Below are positions 13,915 to 31,300 of a stretch of DNA of 64,000 nucleotides, in pieces. The notes below the pieces were generated by a model. That model was given only the letters and a program-made list of their open reading frames with translations. It ran no database searches and was not told where the DNA came from. Made by a program: the position numbers and the translations under genes. Numbering within the stretch: the first letter of the stretch is position 1; each line of letters opens with the position of its first letter. The DNA is from Auanema rhodensis (taxonomy: Eukaryota; Animalia; Nematoda): contig OZ059894.1 in NCBI GenBank assembly GCA_964057225.1, positions 12,524,001 to 12,588,000 of the forward strand. The letters are read 5' to 3'.

Positions 13915-16900
13915 GTGAGACAAATTGAAGCCTAATTTGATGAAAACTTTAGAACAGTTGCAGTGACTCACACATGGAAACACATGCCAAACCGTTTTTT
14001 CTATCTCACAGTATAACAAGTAACTGAACAACATAAGCTCGTCGAGGTGAAACAAGATTGATCATCATTTAACGAAACGTTTAAATATATGAATGAACTC
14101 AACAATTATTTTACCAATATGCCAATACAACAACATTTTTTTTAATGTGAGACAAATTGAAGCCTAATTTGATGAAAACTTTAGAACAGTTGCAGTGACT
14201 CACACATGGAAACACATGCCAAACCGTTTTTTCTATCTCACAGTATAACAAGTAACTGAACAACATAAGCTCGTCGAGGTTAAACAAGATTGATCATCAT
14301 TTAACGAAACGTTTAAATATATGAATGAACTCAATAATTATTTTACCAATATGCCAGTGCAACAACTTTTTCTAATGTGAGACAAATTGAAGCCTAATTT
14401 GATGAAAACTTCAGAACAGTTGCAGTGACCCACACATGAAAACACATGCCAAACCGTTTTTTCTATCTCACATTATAACAAGTAACTGAACAACATAAGC
14501 ACATCGAGGTTAAACGAGATTGATCATCATTTAACGAACGTTTAAATATATGAATGAACTCAACAATTATTTTACCAATATGCCAATGCAACAACTTTTT
14601 CTAATGTGAGACAAATTGAAGCCTAAGTTGATGAGAACTTTGGAACAGTTGCAGTGACCCACACATGAAAACACATGCCAAACCGTTTTTTCTATCTCAC
14701 ATTATAACAAGTAACTGAACAACATAAGCACATCGAGGTTAAACGAGATTGATCATCATTAAACGGAACGTTTGTATATATGAATGAACTCAACAATTAT
14801 TTTACCAATATGCCAATACAACAACATTTTTTTCAATGTGAGACAAATTGAAGCCTAATTTGATGAAAACTTTAGAACAGTTGCAGTGACTCACACATGG
14901 AAACACATGCCAAACCGTTTTTTCTATCTCACAGTATAACAAGTAACTGAACAACATAAGCTCGTCGAGGTTAAACAAGATTGATCATCATTTAACGAAA
15001 CGTTTAAATATATGAATGAACTTAACAATTATTTTACCAATATGCCAATGCAACAACTTTTTCTAATGTGAGACAAATTGAAGCCTAAGTTGATGAGAAC
15101 TTTGGAACAGTTGCAGTGACTCACACATGAAAACACATGCCAAATCGTTTTTTCTATCTCACATTATAACAAGTAACTTAACAACATAAGCACATCGAGG
15201 TTAAACGAGATTGATCATCATTTAACGAAACGTTTAAATATATGAATGAACTCAACAATTATTTTACCAATATGCCAATGCAACAACTTTTTCTAATGTG
15301 AGACAAATTGAAGCCTAAGTTGATGAGAACTTTGGAACAGTTGCAGTGACCCACACATGAAAACACATGCCAAACCATTTTTCTATCTCACAGTATAACA
15401 AGTAACTGAACAACATAAGCTCGTCGAGGTTAAACAAGATTGATCATCATTTAACGAAACGTTTAAATATATGAATGAACTTAACAATTATTTTACCAAT
15501 ATGCCAATGCAACAACTTTTTTTAATGTGAGACAAATTGAAGCCTAAGTTGATGAGAACTTTGGAACAGTTGCAGTGACTCACACATGAAAACACATGCC
15601 AAATCGTTTTTTCTATCTCACATTATAACAAGTAACTTAACAACATAAGCACATCGAGGTTAAACGAGATTGATCATCATTTAACGAAACGTTTAAATAT
15701 ATGAATGAACTCAACAATTATTTTACCAATATGCCAATGCAACAACTTTTTCTAATGTGAGACAAATTGAAGCCTAAGTTGATGAGAACTTTGGAACAGT
15801 TGCAGTGACCCACACATGAAAACACATGCCAAACCGTTTTTTCTATCTCACAGTATAACAAGTAACTGAACAACATAAGCACGTCAAGGTTAAACAAGAT
15901 TGATCATAATTTAACGAAACGTTTAAATATATGAATGAACTTAACTATTATCTCACCAATATGCCAATACAACAACTTTTTTCAATGTGAGACGAATTGC
16001 AGCATAATTTGATGAGAACTTTGGAACAGTTGCAGTGACCCACACATGAAAACACATGCCAAACCGTTTTTTCTATCTCACATTATAACAAGTAACTGAA
16101 CAACATAAGCACATCAAGGTTTAACAAGATTGATCATCATTCAACGAAACGTTTGTATATATGAATGAATTTAACATTTATTTTACCAATAACCCAATGC
16201 AACTATCTTCTCTCATGTGAGACAAATTGAAGCCTAAGTTGATAAGAACTTTGGAACAGTTGCAGTGACCCACACATGAAAACACATGCCAAATCGTTTT
16301 TTCTATCTCACATTATAACAAGTAACTGAACAACATAAGCCCATCGAGGTTTAACAAGATTGATCATCATTCAACGAAACGTTTAAATATATAAATGAAC
16401 TCAATAATTATTTTACCAATATGCCAATGCAACAACTTTTTCTAATGTGAGACAAATTGAAGCCTAAGTTGATGAGAACTTTGGAACAGTTGCAGTGACT
16501 TACACATGAAAACACATGCCAAACCGTTTTTTCTATCTCACATTATAACAAGTAACTGAACAACATAAGCTCGTCGAGGTTAAACAAGATTGATCATCAT
16601 TTAACGAAACGTTTAAATATATGAATGAACTCAACAATTATTTTACCAATATGCCAATACAACAACATTTTTTTTAATGTGAGACAAATTGAAGCCTAAT
16701 TTGATGAAAACTTTGAAACAGTTGCAGTGACTCACACATGAAAACACATGCCAAACCGTTTTTTCTATCTCACAGTATAACAAGTAACTGAACAACATAA
16801 GCTCGTCGAGGTTAAACAAGATTGATCATCATTTAACGAAACGTTTAAATATATGAATGAACTTAACTATTATCTCACCAATATGCCAATAGAACAACTT

Positions 16901-19900
16901 TCTTTAATGTGAGACAGATTGCAGCATAATTTGATGAGAACTTTAGAACAGTTGCAGTGACTCACACATGAAAACACATGCCAAACCGTTTTTTCTATCT
17001 CACAGTATAACAAGTAACTGAACAACATAAGCTCGTCGAGGTTAAACAAGATTGATCATCATTTAACGAAACGTTTAAATATATGAATGAACTTAACAAT
17101 TATTTTACCAATATGCCAATGCAACAACTTTTTCTAATGTGAGACAAATTGAAGCCTAAGTTGATGAGAACTTTGGAACAGTTGCAGTGACTCACACATG
17201 AAAACACATGCCAAACCGTTTTTTCTATCTCACATTATAACAAGTAACTGAACAACATAAGCACATCGAGGTTAAACGAGATTGATCATCATTTAACGAA
17301 ACGTTTAAATATATGAATGAACTCAACAATTATTTTACCAATATGCCAATGCAACAACTTTTTCTAATGTGAGACAAATTGAAGCCTATGTTGATGAGAA
17401 CTTTGGAACAGTTGCAGTGACCCACACATGAAAACACATGCCAAACCGTTTTTTCTATCTCACAGTATAACAAGTAACTGAACAACATAAGCACGTGAAG
17501 GTTAAACAAGATTGATCATAATTTAACGAAACGTTTAAATATATGAATGAACTTAACTATTATTTCACCAATATGCCAATACAACAACTTTTTTCAATGT
17601 GAGACGAATTGCAGCATAATTTGATGAGAACTTTGGAACAGTTGCAGTGACCCACACATGAAAACACATGCCAAACCGTTTTTTCTATCTCACACTATAA
17701 CAAGTAACTGAACAACATAAGCACATCAAGGTTTAACAAGATTGATCATCATTCAACGAAACGTTTGTATATATGAATGAACTGAACAATTATTTTACCA
17801 ATATGCCAATGCAACAACTTTTTCTAATGTGAGACAAATTGCAGCATAATTTGATGAGAACTTTAGAACAGTTGCAGTGACTCACACATGAAAACACATG
17901 CCAAACCGTTTTTTCTATCTCACAGTATAACAAGTAACTGAACAACATAAGCACGTCAAGGTTAAACAAGATTGATCATAATTTAACGAAACGTTTAAAA
18001 ATATATGAATGAACTCAACAATTATTTTACCAATATGCCAATACAACAACATTTTTTTTAATGTGAGACAAATTGAAGCCTAATTTGATGAAAACTTTAG
18101 AACAGTTGCAGTGACTCACACATGGAAACACATGCCAAACCGTTTTTTCTATCTCACAGTATAACAAGTAACTGAACAACATAAGCTCGTCGAGGTTAAA
18201 CAAGATTGATCATCATTTAACGAAACGTTTAAATATATGAATGAACTCAATAATTATTTTACCAATATGCCAATGCAACAACTTTTTCTAATGTGAGACA
18301 AATTGAAGCCTAATTTGATGAAAACTTCAGAACAGTTGCAGTGACCCACACATGAAAACACATGCCAAACCGTTTTTTCTATCTCACATTATAACAAGTA
18401 ACTGAACAACATAAGCACATCGAGGTTAAACGAGATTGATCATCATTTAACGAAACGTTTAAATATATGAATGAACTCAACAATTATTTTACCAATATGC
18501 CAATGCAACAACTTTTTCTAATGTGAGACAAATTGAAGCCTAAGTTGATGAGAACTTTGGAACAGTTGCAGTGACCCACACATGAAAACACATGCCAAAC
18601 CGTTTTTTCTATCTCACATTATAACAAGTAACTGAACAACATAAGCACATCGAGGTTAAACGAGATTGATCATCATTAAACGAAACGTTTGTATATATGA
18701 ATGAACTCAACAATTATTTTACCAATATGCCAATACAACAACATTTTTTTCAATGTGAGACAAATTGAAGCCTAATTTGATGAAAACTTTAGAACAGTTG
18801 CAGTGACTCACACATGGAAACACATGCCAAACCGTTTTTTCTATCTCACAGTATAACAAGTAACTGAACAACATGAGCTCGTCGAGGTTAAACAAGATTG
18901 ATCATCATTTAACGAAACGTTTAAATATATGAATGAACTTAACAATTATTTTACCAATATGCCAATGCAACAACTTTTTCTAATGTGAGACAAATTGAAG
19001 CCTAATTTGATGAAAACTTTAGAACAGTTGCAGTGACTCACACATGGAAACACATGCCAAACCGTTTTTTCTATCTCACAGTATAACAAGTAACTGAACA
19101 ACATAAGCTCGTCGAGGTGAAACAAGATTGATCATCATTTAACGAAACGTTTAAATATATGAATGAACTCAACAATTATTTTACCAATATGCCAATACAA
19201 CAACATTTTTTTTAATGTGAGACAAATTGAAGCCTAATTTGATGAAAACTTTAGAACAGTTGCAGTGACTCACACATGGAAACACATGCCAAATTGTTTT
19301 TTCTATCTCACAGTATAACAAGTAACTGAACAACATAAGCTCGTCGAGGTTAAACAAGATTGATCATCATTTAACGAAACGTTTAAATATATGAATGAAC
19401 TCAATAATTATTTTACCAATATGCCAGTGCAACAACTTTTTCTAATGTGAGACAAATTGAAGCCTAATTTGATGAAAACTTCAGAACAGTTGCAGTGACC
19501 CACACATGAAAACACATGCCAAACCGTTTTTTCTATCTCACATTATAACAAGTAACTGAACAACATAAGCACATCGAGGTTAAACGAGATTGATCATCAT
19601 TTAACGAACGTTTAAATATATGAATGAACTCAACAATTATTTTACCAATATGCCAATGCAACAACTTTTTCTAATGTGAGACAAATTGAAGCCTAAGTTG
19701 ATGAGAACTTTGGAACAGTTGCAGTGACCCACACATGAAAACACATGCCAAACCGTTTTTTCTATCTCACATTATAACAAGTAACTGAACAACATAAGCA
19801 CATCGAGGTTAAACGAGATTGATCATCATTAAACGGAACGTTTGTATATATGAATGAACTCAACAATTATTTTACCAATATGCCAATACAACAACATTTT

Positions 19901-21936
19901 TTTCAATGTGAGACAAATTGAAGCCTAATTTGATGAAAACTTTAGAACAGTTGCAGTGACTCACACATGGAAACACATGCCAAACCGTTTTTTCTATCTC
20001 ACAGTATAACAAGTAACTGAACAACATAAGCTCGTCGAGGTTAAACAAGATTGATCATCATTTAACGAAACGTTTAAATATATGAATGAACTTAACAATT
20101 ATTTTACCAATATGCCAATGCAACAACTTTTTCTAATGTGAGACAAATTGAAGCCTAAGTTGATGAGAACTTTGGAACAGTTGCAGTGACTCACACATGA
20201 AAACACATGCCAAATCGTTTTTTCTATCTCACATTATAACAAGTAACTTAACAACATAAGCACATCGAGGTTAAACGAGATTGATCATCATTTAACGAAA
20301 CGTTTAAATATATGAATGAACTCAACAATTATTTTACCAATATGCCAATGCAACAACTTTTTCTAATGTGAGACAAATTGAAGCCTAAGTTGATGAGAAC
20401 TTTGGAACAGTTGCAGTGACCCACACATGAAAACACATGCCAAACCGTTTTTTCTATCTCACAGTATAACAAGTAACTGAACAACATAAGCTCGTCGAGG
20501 TTAAACAAGATTGATCATCATTTAACGAAACGTTTAAATATATGAATGAACTTAACAATTATTTTACCAATATGCCAATGCAACAACTTTTTTTAATGTG
20601 AGACAAATTGAAGCCTAAGTTGATGAGAACTTTGGAACAGTTGCAGTGACTCACACATGAAAACACATGCCAAATCGTTTTTTCTATCTCACATTATAAC
20701 AAGTAACTTAACAACATAAGCACATCGAGGTTAAACGAGATTGATCATCATTTAACGAAACGTTTAAATATATGAATGAACTCAACAATTATTTTACCAA
20801 TATGCCAATGCAACAACTTTTTCTAATGTGAGACAAATTGAAGCCTAAGTTGATGAGAACTTTGGAACAGTTGCAGTGACCCACACATGAAAACACATGC
20901 CAAACCGTTTTTTCTATCTCACAGTATAACAAGTAACTGAACAACATAAGCACGTCAAGGTTAAACAAGATTGATCATAATTTAACGAAACGTTTAAATA
21001 TATGAATGAACTTAACTATTATCTCACCAATATGCCAATACAACAACTTTTTTCAATGTGAGACGAATTGCAGCATAATTTGATGAGAACTTTGGAACAG
21101 TTGCAGTGACCCACACATGAAAACACATGCCAAACCGTTTTTTCTATCTCACATTATAACAAGTAACTGAACAACATAAGCACATCAAGGTTTAACAAGA
21201 TTGATCATCATTCAACGAAACGTTTGTATATATGAATGAATTTAACATTTATTTTACCAATAACCCAATGCAACTATCTTCTCTCATGTGAGACAAATTG
21301 AAGCCTAAGTTGATAAGAACTTTGGAACAGTTGCAGTGACCCACACATGAAAACACATGCCAAATCGTTTTTTCTATCTCACATTATAACAAGTAACTGA
21401 ACAACATAAGCCCATCGAGGTTTAACAAGATTGATCATCATTCAACGAAACGTTTAAATATATAAATGAACTCAATAATTATTTTACCAATATGCCAATG
21501 CAACAACTTTTTCTAATGTGAGACAAATTGAAGCCTAAGTTGATGAGAACTTTGGAACAGTTGCAGTGACTTACACATGAAAACACATGCCAAACCGTTT
21601 TTTCTATCTCACATTATAACAAGTAACTGAACAACATAAGCTCGTCGAGGTTAAACAAGATTGATCATCATTTAACGAAACGTTTAAATATATGAATGAA
21701 CTCAACAATTATTTTACCAATATGCCAATACAACAACATTTTTTTTAATATGAGACAAATTGAAGCCTAATTTGATGAAAACTTTGAAACAGTTGCAGTG
21801 ACTCACACATGAAAACACATGCCAAACCGTTTTTTCTATCTCACAGTATAACAAGTAACTGAACAACATAAGCTCGTCGAGGTTAAACAAGATTGATCAT
21901 CATTTAACGAAACGTTTAAATATATGAATGAACTTA
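13915..21936. repeat. ~2.95-kb block duplication within satellite 1: ~13915-16865 repeated at ~18985-21936 (offset 5070)
   Basis: Private markers all 5070 apart: ATGCCAGTGC 14351/19421, 1-bp deletion TTAACGAACG 14531/19601, AAACGGAACG 14761/19831. Confidence 0.8.
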
Positions 21937-22306
21937 ACAATTATTTTACCAATATGCCAATGCAACAACTTTTTCTAATGTGAGACAAATTGAAGCCTAT
22001 GTTGATGAGAACTTTGGAACAGTTGCAGTGACCCACACATGAAAACACATGCCAAACCGTTTTTTCTATCTCACATTATAACAAGTAACTGAACAACATA
22101 AGCACATCGAGGTTAAACGAGATTGATCATCATTTAACGAAACGTTTAAATATATGAATGAACTCAACAATTATTTTACCAATATGCCAATGCAACAACT
22201 TTTTCTAATGTGAGACAAATTGAAGCCTAAGTTGATGAGAACTTTGGAACAGTTGCAGTGACTCACACATGAAAACACATGCCAAACCGTTTTTTCTATC
22301 TCACAG

Positions 22307-25300
22307 TATAACAAGTAACTGAACAACATAAGCTCGTCGAGGTTAAACAAGATTGATCATCATTTAACGAAACGTTTAAATATATGAATGAACTTAACAA
22401 TTATTTTACCAATATGCCAATGCAACAACTTTTTCTAATGTGAGACAAATTGAAGCCTAAGTTGATGAGAACTTTGGAACAGTTGCAGTGACTCACACAT
22501 GAAAACACATGCCAAACCGTTTTTTCTATCTCACATTATAACAAGTAACTGAACAACATAAGCACATCGAGGTTAAACGAGATTGATCATCATTTAACGA
22601 AACGTTTAAATATATGAATGAACTCAACAATTATTTTACCAATATGCCAATGCAACAACTTTTTCTAATGTGAGACAAATTGAAGCCTATGTTGATGAGA
22701 ACTTTGGAACAGTTGCAGTGACCCACACATGAAAACACATGCCAAACCGTTTTTTCTATCTCACAGTATAACAAGTAACTGAACAACATAAGCACGTGAA
22801 GGTTAAACAAGATTGATCATAATTTAACGAAACGTTTAAATATATGAATGAACTTAACTATTATTTCACCAATATGCCAATACAACAACTTTTTTCAATG
22901 TGAGACGAATTGCAGCATAATTTGATGAGAACTTTGGAACAGTTGCAGTGACCCACACATGAAAACACATGCCAAACCGTTTTTTCTATCTCACACTATA
23001 ACAAGTAACTGAACAACATAAGCACATCAAGGTTTAACAAGATTGATCATCATTCAACGAAACGTTTGTATATATGAATGAACTGAACAATTATTTTACC
23101 AATATGCCAATGCAACAACTTTTTCTAATGTGAGACAAATTGCAGCATAATTTGATGAGAACTTTAGAACAGTTGCAGTGACTCACACATGAAAACACAT
23201 GCCAAACCGTTTTTTCTATCTCACAGTATAACAAGTAACTGAACAACATAAGCACGTCAAGGTTAAACAAGATTGATCATAATTTAACGAAACGTTTAAA
23301 AATATATGAATGAACTTAACTATTATCTCACCAATATGCCAATAGAACAACTTTCTTTAATGTGAGACAGATTGCAGCATAATTTGATGAGAACTTTAGA
23401 ACAGTTGCAGTGACTCACACATGGAAACACATGCCAAACCGTTTTTTCTATCTCACAGTATAACAAGTAACTGAACAACATAAGCTCGTCGAGGTTAAAC
23501 AAGATTGATCATCATTTAACGAAACGTTTAAATATATGAATGAACTTAACAATTATTTTACCAATATGCCAATGCAACAACTTTTTCTAATGTGAGACAA
23601 ATTGAAGCCTAAGTTGATGAGAACTTTGGAACAGTTGCAGTGACTCACACATGAAAACACATGCCAAACCGTTTTTTCTATCTCACATTATAACAAGTAA
23701 CTGAACAACATAAGCACATCGAGGTTAAACGAGATTGATCATCATTTAACGAAACGTTTAAATATATGAATGAACTCAACAATTATTTTACCAATATGCC
23801 AATGCAACAACTTTTTCTAATGTGAGACAAATTGAAGCCTATGTTGATGAGAACTTTGGAACAGTTGCAGTGACCCACACATGAAAACACATGCCAAACC
23901 GTTTTTTCTATCTCACAGTATAACAAGTAACTGAACAACATAAGCACGTGAAGGTTAAACAAGATTGATCATAATTTAACGAAACGTTTAAATATATGAA
24001 TGAACTTAACTATTATTTCACCAATATGCCAATACAACAACTTTTTTCAATGTGAGACGAATTGCAGCATAATTTGATGAGAACTTTGGAACAGTTGCAG
24101 TGACCCACACATGAAAACACATGCCAAACCGTTTTTTCTATCTCACACTATAACAAGTAACTGAACAACATAAGCACATCAAGGTTTAACAAGATTGATC
24201 ATCATTCAACGAAACGTTTGTATATATGAATGAACTGAACAATTATTTTACCAATATGCCAATGCAACAACTTTTTCTAATGTGAGACAAATTGAAGCCT
24301 AAGTTGATGAGAACTTTGGAACAGTTGCAGTGACCCACACATGGAAACACATGCCAAACCGTTTTTTCTATCTCACACTATAACAAGTAACTGAACAACA
24401 TAAGCACGTGAAGGTTAAACAAGATTGATCATAATTTAACGAAACGTTCAAATATATGAATGAACTTAACAATTATTTTACCAATATGCCAATGCAACAA
24501 CTTTTTCTAATGTGAGACAAATTGAAACCTAAGTTGATGAGAACTTTGGAACAGTTGCAGTGACCCACACATGAAAACACATGCCAAACCGTTTTTTCTA
24601 TCTCACAGTATAACAAGTAACTGAACAACATAAGCTCGTCGAGGTTAAACAAGATTGATCATCATTTAACGAAACGTTTAAATATATGAATGAACTTAAC
24701 AATTATTTTACCAATATGCCAATGCAACAACTTTTTCTAATGTGAGACAAATTGAAGCCTAAGTTGATGAGAACTTTGGAACAGTTGCAGTGACTCACAC
24801 ATGAAAACACATGCCAAATCGTTTTTTCTATCTCACATTATAACAAGTAACTTAACAACATAAGCACATCGAGGTTAAACGAGATTGATCATCATTTAAC
24901 GAAACGTTTAAATATATGAATGAACTCAACAATTATTTTACCAATATGCCAATGCAACAACTTTTTCTAATGTGAGACAAATTGAAGCCTAAGTTGATGA
25001 GAACTTTGGAACAGTTGCAGTGACCCACACATGAAAACACATGCCAAACCGTTTTTTCTATCTCACAGTATAACAAGTAACTGAACAACATAAGCTCGTC
25101 GAGGTTAAACAAGATTGATCATCATTTAACGAAACGTTTAAATATATGAATGAACTTAACTATTATCTCACCAATATGCCAATAGAACAACTTTCTTTAA
25201 TGTGAGACAGATTGCAGCATAATTTGATGAGAACTTTAGAACAGTTGCAGTGACTCACACATGGAAACACATGCCAAACCGTTTTTTCTATCTCACATTA

Positions 25301-28300
25301 TAACAAGTAACTGAACAACATAAGCTCGTCGAGGTTAAACAAGATTGATCATCATTTAACGAAACGTTTAAATATATGAATGAACTTAACAATTATTTTA
25401 CCAATATGCCAATGCAACAACTTTTTCTAATGTGAGACAAATTGAAGCCTAAGTTGATGAGAACTTTGGAACAGTTGCAGTGACTCACACATGAAAACAC
25501 ATGCCAAACCGTTTTTTCTATCTCACATTATAACAAGTAACTGAACAACATAAGCACATCGAGGTTAAACGAGATTGATCATCATTTAACGAAACGTTTA
25601 AATATATGAATGAACTCAACAATTATTTTACCAATATGCCAATGCAACAACTTTTTCTAATGTGAGACAAATTGAAGCCTATGTTGATGAGAACTTTGGA
25701 ACAGTTGCAGTGACCCACACATGAAAACACATGCCAAACCGTTTTTTCTATCTCACAGTATAACAAGTAACTGAACAACATAAGCACGTGAAGGTTAAAC
25801 AAGATTGATCATAATTTAACGAAACGTTTAAATATATGAATGAACTTAACTATTATTTCACCAATATGCCAATACAACAACTTTTTTCAATGTGAGACGA
25901 ATTGCAGCATAATTTGATGAGAACTTTGGAACAGTTGCAGTGACCCACACATGAAAACACATGCCAAACCGTTTTTTCTATCTCACACTATAACAAGTAA
26001 CTGAACAACATAAGCACATCAAGGTTTAACAAGATTGATCATCATTCAACGAAACGTTTGTATATATGAATGAACTGAACAATTATTTTACCAATATGCC
26101 AATGCAACAACTTTTTCTAATGTGAGACAAATTGCAGCATAATTTGATGAGAACTTTAGAACAGTTGCAGTGACTCACACATGAAAACACATGCCAAACC
26201 GTTTTTTCTATCTCACAGTATAACAAGTAACTGAACAACATAAGCACGTCAAGGTTAAACAAGATTGATCATAATTTAACGAAACGTTTAAAAATATATG
26301 AATGAACTTAACTATTATCTCACCAATATGCCAATAGAACAACTTTCTTTAATGTGAGACAGATTGCAGCATAATTTGATGAGAACTTTAGAACAGTTGC
26401 AGTGACTCACACATGGAAACACATGCCAAACCGTTTTTTCTATCTCACAGTATAACAAGTAACTGAACAACATAAGCTCGTCGAGGTTAAACAAGATTGA
26501 TCATCATTTAACGAAACGTTTAAATATATGAATGAACTTAACAATTATTTTACCAATATGCCAATGCAACAACTTTTTCTAATGTGAGACAAATTGAAGC
26601 CTAAGTTGATGAGAACTTTGGAACAGTTGCAGTGACTCACACATGAAAACACATGCCAAACCGTTTTTTCTATCTCACATTATAACAAGTAACTGAACAA
26701 CATAAGCACATCGAGGTTAAACGAGATTGATCATCATTTAACGAAACGTTTAAATATATGAATGAACTCAACAATTATTTTACCAATATGCCAATGCAAC
26801 AACTTTTTCTAATGTGAGACAAATTGAAGCCTATGTTGATGAGAACTTTGGAACAGTTGCAGTGACCCACACATGAAAACACATGCCAAACCGTTTTTTC
26901 TATCTCACAGTATAACAAGTAACTGAACAACATAAGCACGTGAAGGTTAAACAAGATTGATCATAATTTAACGAAACGTTTAAATATATGAATGAACTTA
27001 ACTATTATTTCACCAATATGCCAATACAACAACTTTTTTCAATGTGAGACGAATTGCAGCATAATTTGATGAGAACTTTGGAACAGTTGCAGTGACCCAC
27101 ACATGAAAACACATGCCAAACCGTTTTTTCTATCTCACACTATAACAAGTAACTGAACAACATAAGCACATCAAGGTTTAACAAGATTGATCATCATTCA
27201 ACGAAACGTTTGTATATATGAATGAACTGAACAATTATTTTACCAATATGCCAATGCAACAACTTTTTCTAATGTGAGACAAATTGAAGCCTAAGTTGAT
27301 GAGAACTTTGGAACAGTTGCAGTGACCCACACATGGAAACACATGCCAAACCGTTTTTTCTATCTCACACTATAACAAGTAACTGAACAACATAAGCACG
27401 TGAAGGTTAAACAAGATTGATCATAATTTAACGAAACGTTCAAATATATGAATGAACTTAACAATTATTTTACCAATATGCCAATGCAACAACTTTTTCT
27501 AATGTGAGACAAATTGAAACCTAAGTTGATGAGAACTTTGGAACAGTTGCAGTGACCCACACATGAAAACACATGCCAAACCGTTTTTTCTATCTCACAG
27601 TATAACAAGTAACTGAACAACATAAGCTCGTCGAGGTTAAACAAGATTGATCATCATTTAACGAAACGTTTAAATATATGAATGAACTTAACAATTATTT
27701 TACCAATATGCCAATGCAACAACTTTTTCTAATGTGAGACAAATTGAAGCCTAAGTTGATGAGAACTTTGGAACAGTTGCAGTGACTCACACATGAAAAC
27801 ACATGCCAAATCGTTTTTTCTATCTCACATTATAACAAGTAACTTAACAACATAAGCACATCGAGGTTAAACGAGATTGATCATCATTTAACGAAACGTT
27901 TAAATATATGAATGAACTCAACAATTATTTTACCAATATGCCAATGCAACAACTTTTTCTAATGTGAGACAAATTGAAGCCTAAGTTGATGAGAACTTTG
28001 GAACAGTTGCAGTGACCCACACATGAAAACACATGCCAAACCGTTTTTTCTATCTCACAGTATAACAAGTAACTGAACAACATAAGCTCGTCGAGGTTAA
28101 ACAAGATTGATCATCATTTAACGAAACGTTTAAATATATGAATGAACTTAACAATTATTTTACCAATATGCCAATGCAACAACTTTTTTTAATGTGAGAC
28201 AAATTGAAGCCTAAGTTGATGAGAACTTTGGAACAGTTGCAGTGACTCACACATGAAAACACATGCCAAATCGTTTTTTCTATCTCACATTATAACAAGT

Positions 28301-31300
28301 AACTTAACAACATAAGCACATCGAGGTTAAACGAGATTGATCATCATTTAACGAAACGTTTAAATATATGAATGAACTCAACAATTATTTTACCAATATG
28401 CCAATGCAACAACTTTTTCTAATGTGAGACAAATTGAAGCCTAAGTTGATGAGAACTTTGGAACAGTTGCAGTGACTCACACATGAAAACACATGCCAAA
28501 CCGTTTTTTCTATCTCACATTATAACAAGTAACTGAACAACATAAGCCCATCGAGGTTTAACAAGATTGATCATCATTCAACGAAACGTTTAAATATATA
28601 AATGAACTCAATAATTATTTTACCAATATGCCAATGCAACAACTTTTTCTAATGTGAGACAAATTGAAGCCTAAGTTGATGAGAACTTTGGAACAGTTGC
28701 AGTGACTTACACATGAAAACACATGCCAAACCGTTTTTTCTATCTCACATTATAACAAGTAACTGAACAACATAAGCTCGTCGAGGTTAAACAAGATTGA
28801 TCATCATTTAACGAAACGTTTAAATATATGAATGAACTCAACAATTATTTTACCAATATGCCAATACAACAACATTTTTTTTAATATGAGACAAATTGAA
28901 GCCTAATTTGATGAAAACTTTGAAACAGTTGCAGTGACTCACACATGAAAACACATGCCAAACCGTTTTTTCTATCTCACAGTATAACAAGTAACTGAAC
29001 AACATAAGCTCGTCGAGGTTAAACAAGATTGATCATCATTTAACGAAACGTTTAAATATATGAATGAACTTAACTATTATCTCACCAATATGCCAATAGA
29101 ACAACTTTCTTTAATGTGAGACAAATTGAAGCCTAAGTTGATGAGAACTTTGGAACAGTTGCAGTGACCCACACATGAAAACACATGCCAAACCGTTTTT
29201 TCTATCTCACAGTATAACAAGTAACTGAACAACATAAGCACGTCAAGGTTAAACAAGATTGATCATAATTTAACGAAACGTTTAAATATATGAATGAACT
29301 TAACTATTATCTCACCAATATGCCAATACAACAACTTTTTTCAATGTGAGACGAATTGCAGCATAATTTGATGAGAACTTTGGAACAGTTGCAGTGACCC
29401 ACACATGAAAACACATGCCAAACCGTTTTTTCTATCTCACATTATAACAAGTAACTGAACAACATAAGCACATCAAGGTTTAACAAGATTGATCATCATT
29501 CAACGAAACGTTTGTATATATGAATGAATTTAACATTTATTTTACCAATAACCCAATGCAACTATCTTCTCTCATGTGAGACAAATTGAAGCCTAAGTTG
29601 ATAAGAACTTTGGAACAGTTGCAGTGACCCACACATGAAAACACATGCCAAATCGTTTTTTCTATCTCACATTATAACAAGTAACTGAACAACATAAGCC
29701 CATCGAGGTTTAACAAGATTGATCATCATTCAACGAAACGTTTAAATATATAAATGAACTCAATAATTATTTTACCAATATGCCAATGCAACAACTTTTT
29801 CTAATGTGAGACAAATTGAAGCCTAAGTTGATGAGAACTTTGGAACAGTTGCAGTGACTTACACATGAAAACACATGCCAAACCGTTTTTTCTATCTCAC
29901 ATTATAACAAGTAACTGAACAACATAAGCTCGTCGAGGTTAAACAAGCTTGATCATCATTTAACGAAACGTTTAAATATATGAATGAACTCAACAATTAT
30001 TTTACCAATATGCCAATACAACAACATTTTTTTTAATATGAGACAAATTGAAGCCTAATTTGATGAAAACTTTGAAACAGTTGCAGTGACTCACACATGA
30101 AAACACATGCCAAACCGTTTTTTCTATCTCACAGTATAACAAGTAACTGAACAACATAAGCTCGTCGAGGTTAAACAAGATTGATCATCATTTAACGAAA
30201 CGTTTAAATATATGAATGAACTTAACTATTATCTCACCAATATGCCAATAGAACAACTTTCTTTAATGTGAGACAGATTGCAGCATAATTTGATGAGAAC
30301 TTTAGAACAGTTGCAGTGACTCACACATGAAAACACATGCCAAACCGTTTTTTCTATCTCACAGTATAACAAGTAACTGAACAACATAAGCTCGTCGAGG
30401 TTAAACAAGATTGATCATCATTTAACGAAACGTTTAAATATATGAATGAACTTAACAATTATTTTACCAATATGCCAATGCAACAACTTTTTCTAATGTG
30501 AGACAAATTGAAGCCTAAGTTGATGAGAACTTTGGAACAGTTGCAGTGACTCACACATGAAAACACATGCCAAACCGTTTTTTCTATCTCACATTATAAC
30601 AAGTAACTGAACAACATAAGCACATCGAGGTTAAACGAGATTGATCATCATTTAACGAAACGTTTAAATATATGAATGAACTCAACAATTATTTTACCAA
30701 TATGCCAATGCAACAACTTTTTCTAATGTGAGACAAATTGAAGCCTATGTTGATGAGAACTTTGGAACAGTTGCAGTGACCCACACATGAAAACACATGC
30801 CAAACCGTTTTTTCTATCTCACAGTATAACAAGTAACTGAACAACATAAGCACGTGAAGGTTAAACAAGATTGATCATAATTTAACGAAACGTTTAAATA
30901 TATGAATGAACTTAACTATTATTTCACCAATATGCCAATACAACAACTTTTTTCAATGTGAGACGAATTGCAGCATAATTTGATGAGAACTTTGGAACAG
31001 TTGCAGTGACCCACACATGAAAACACATGCCAAACCGTTTTTTCTATCTCACACTATAACAAGTAACTGAACAACATAAGCACATCAAGGTTTAACAAGA
31101 TTGATCATCATTCAACGAAACGTTTGTATATATGAATGAACTGAACAATTATTTTACCAATATGCCAATGCAACAACTTTTTCTAATGTGAGACAAATTG
31201 CAGCATAATTTGATGAGAACTTTAGAACAGTTGCAGTGACTCACACATGAAAACACATGCCAAACCGTTTTTTCTATCTCACAGTATAACAAGTAACTGA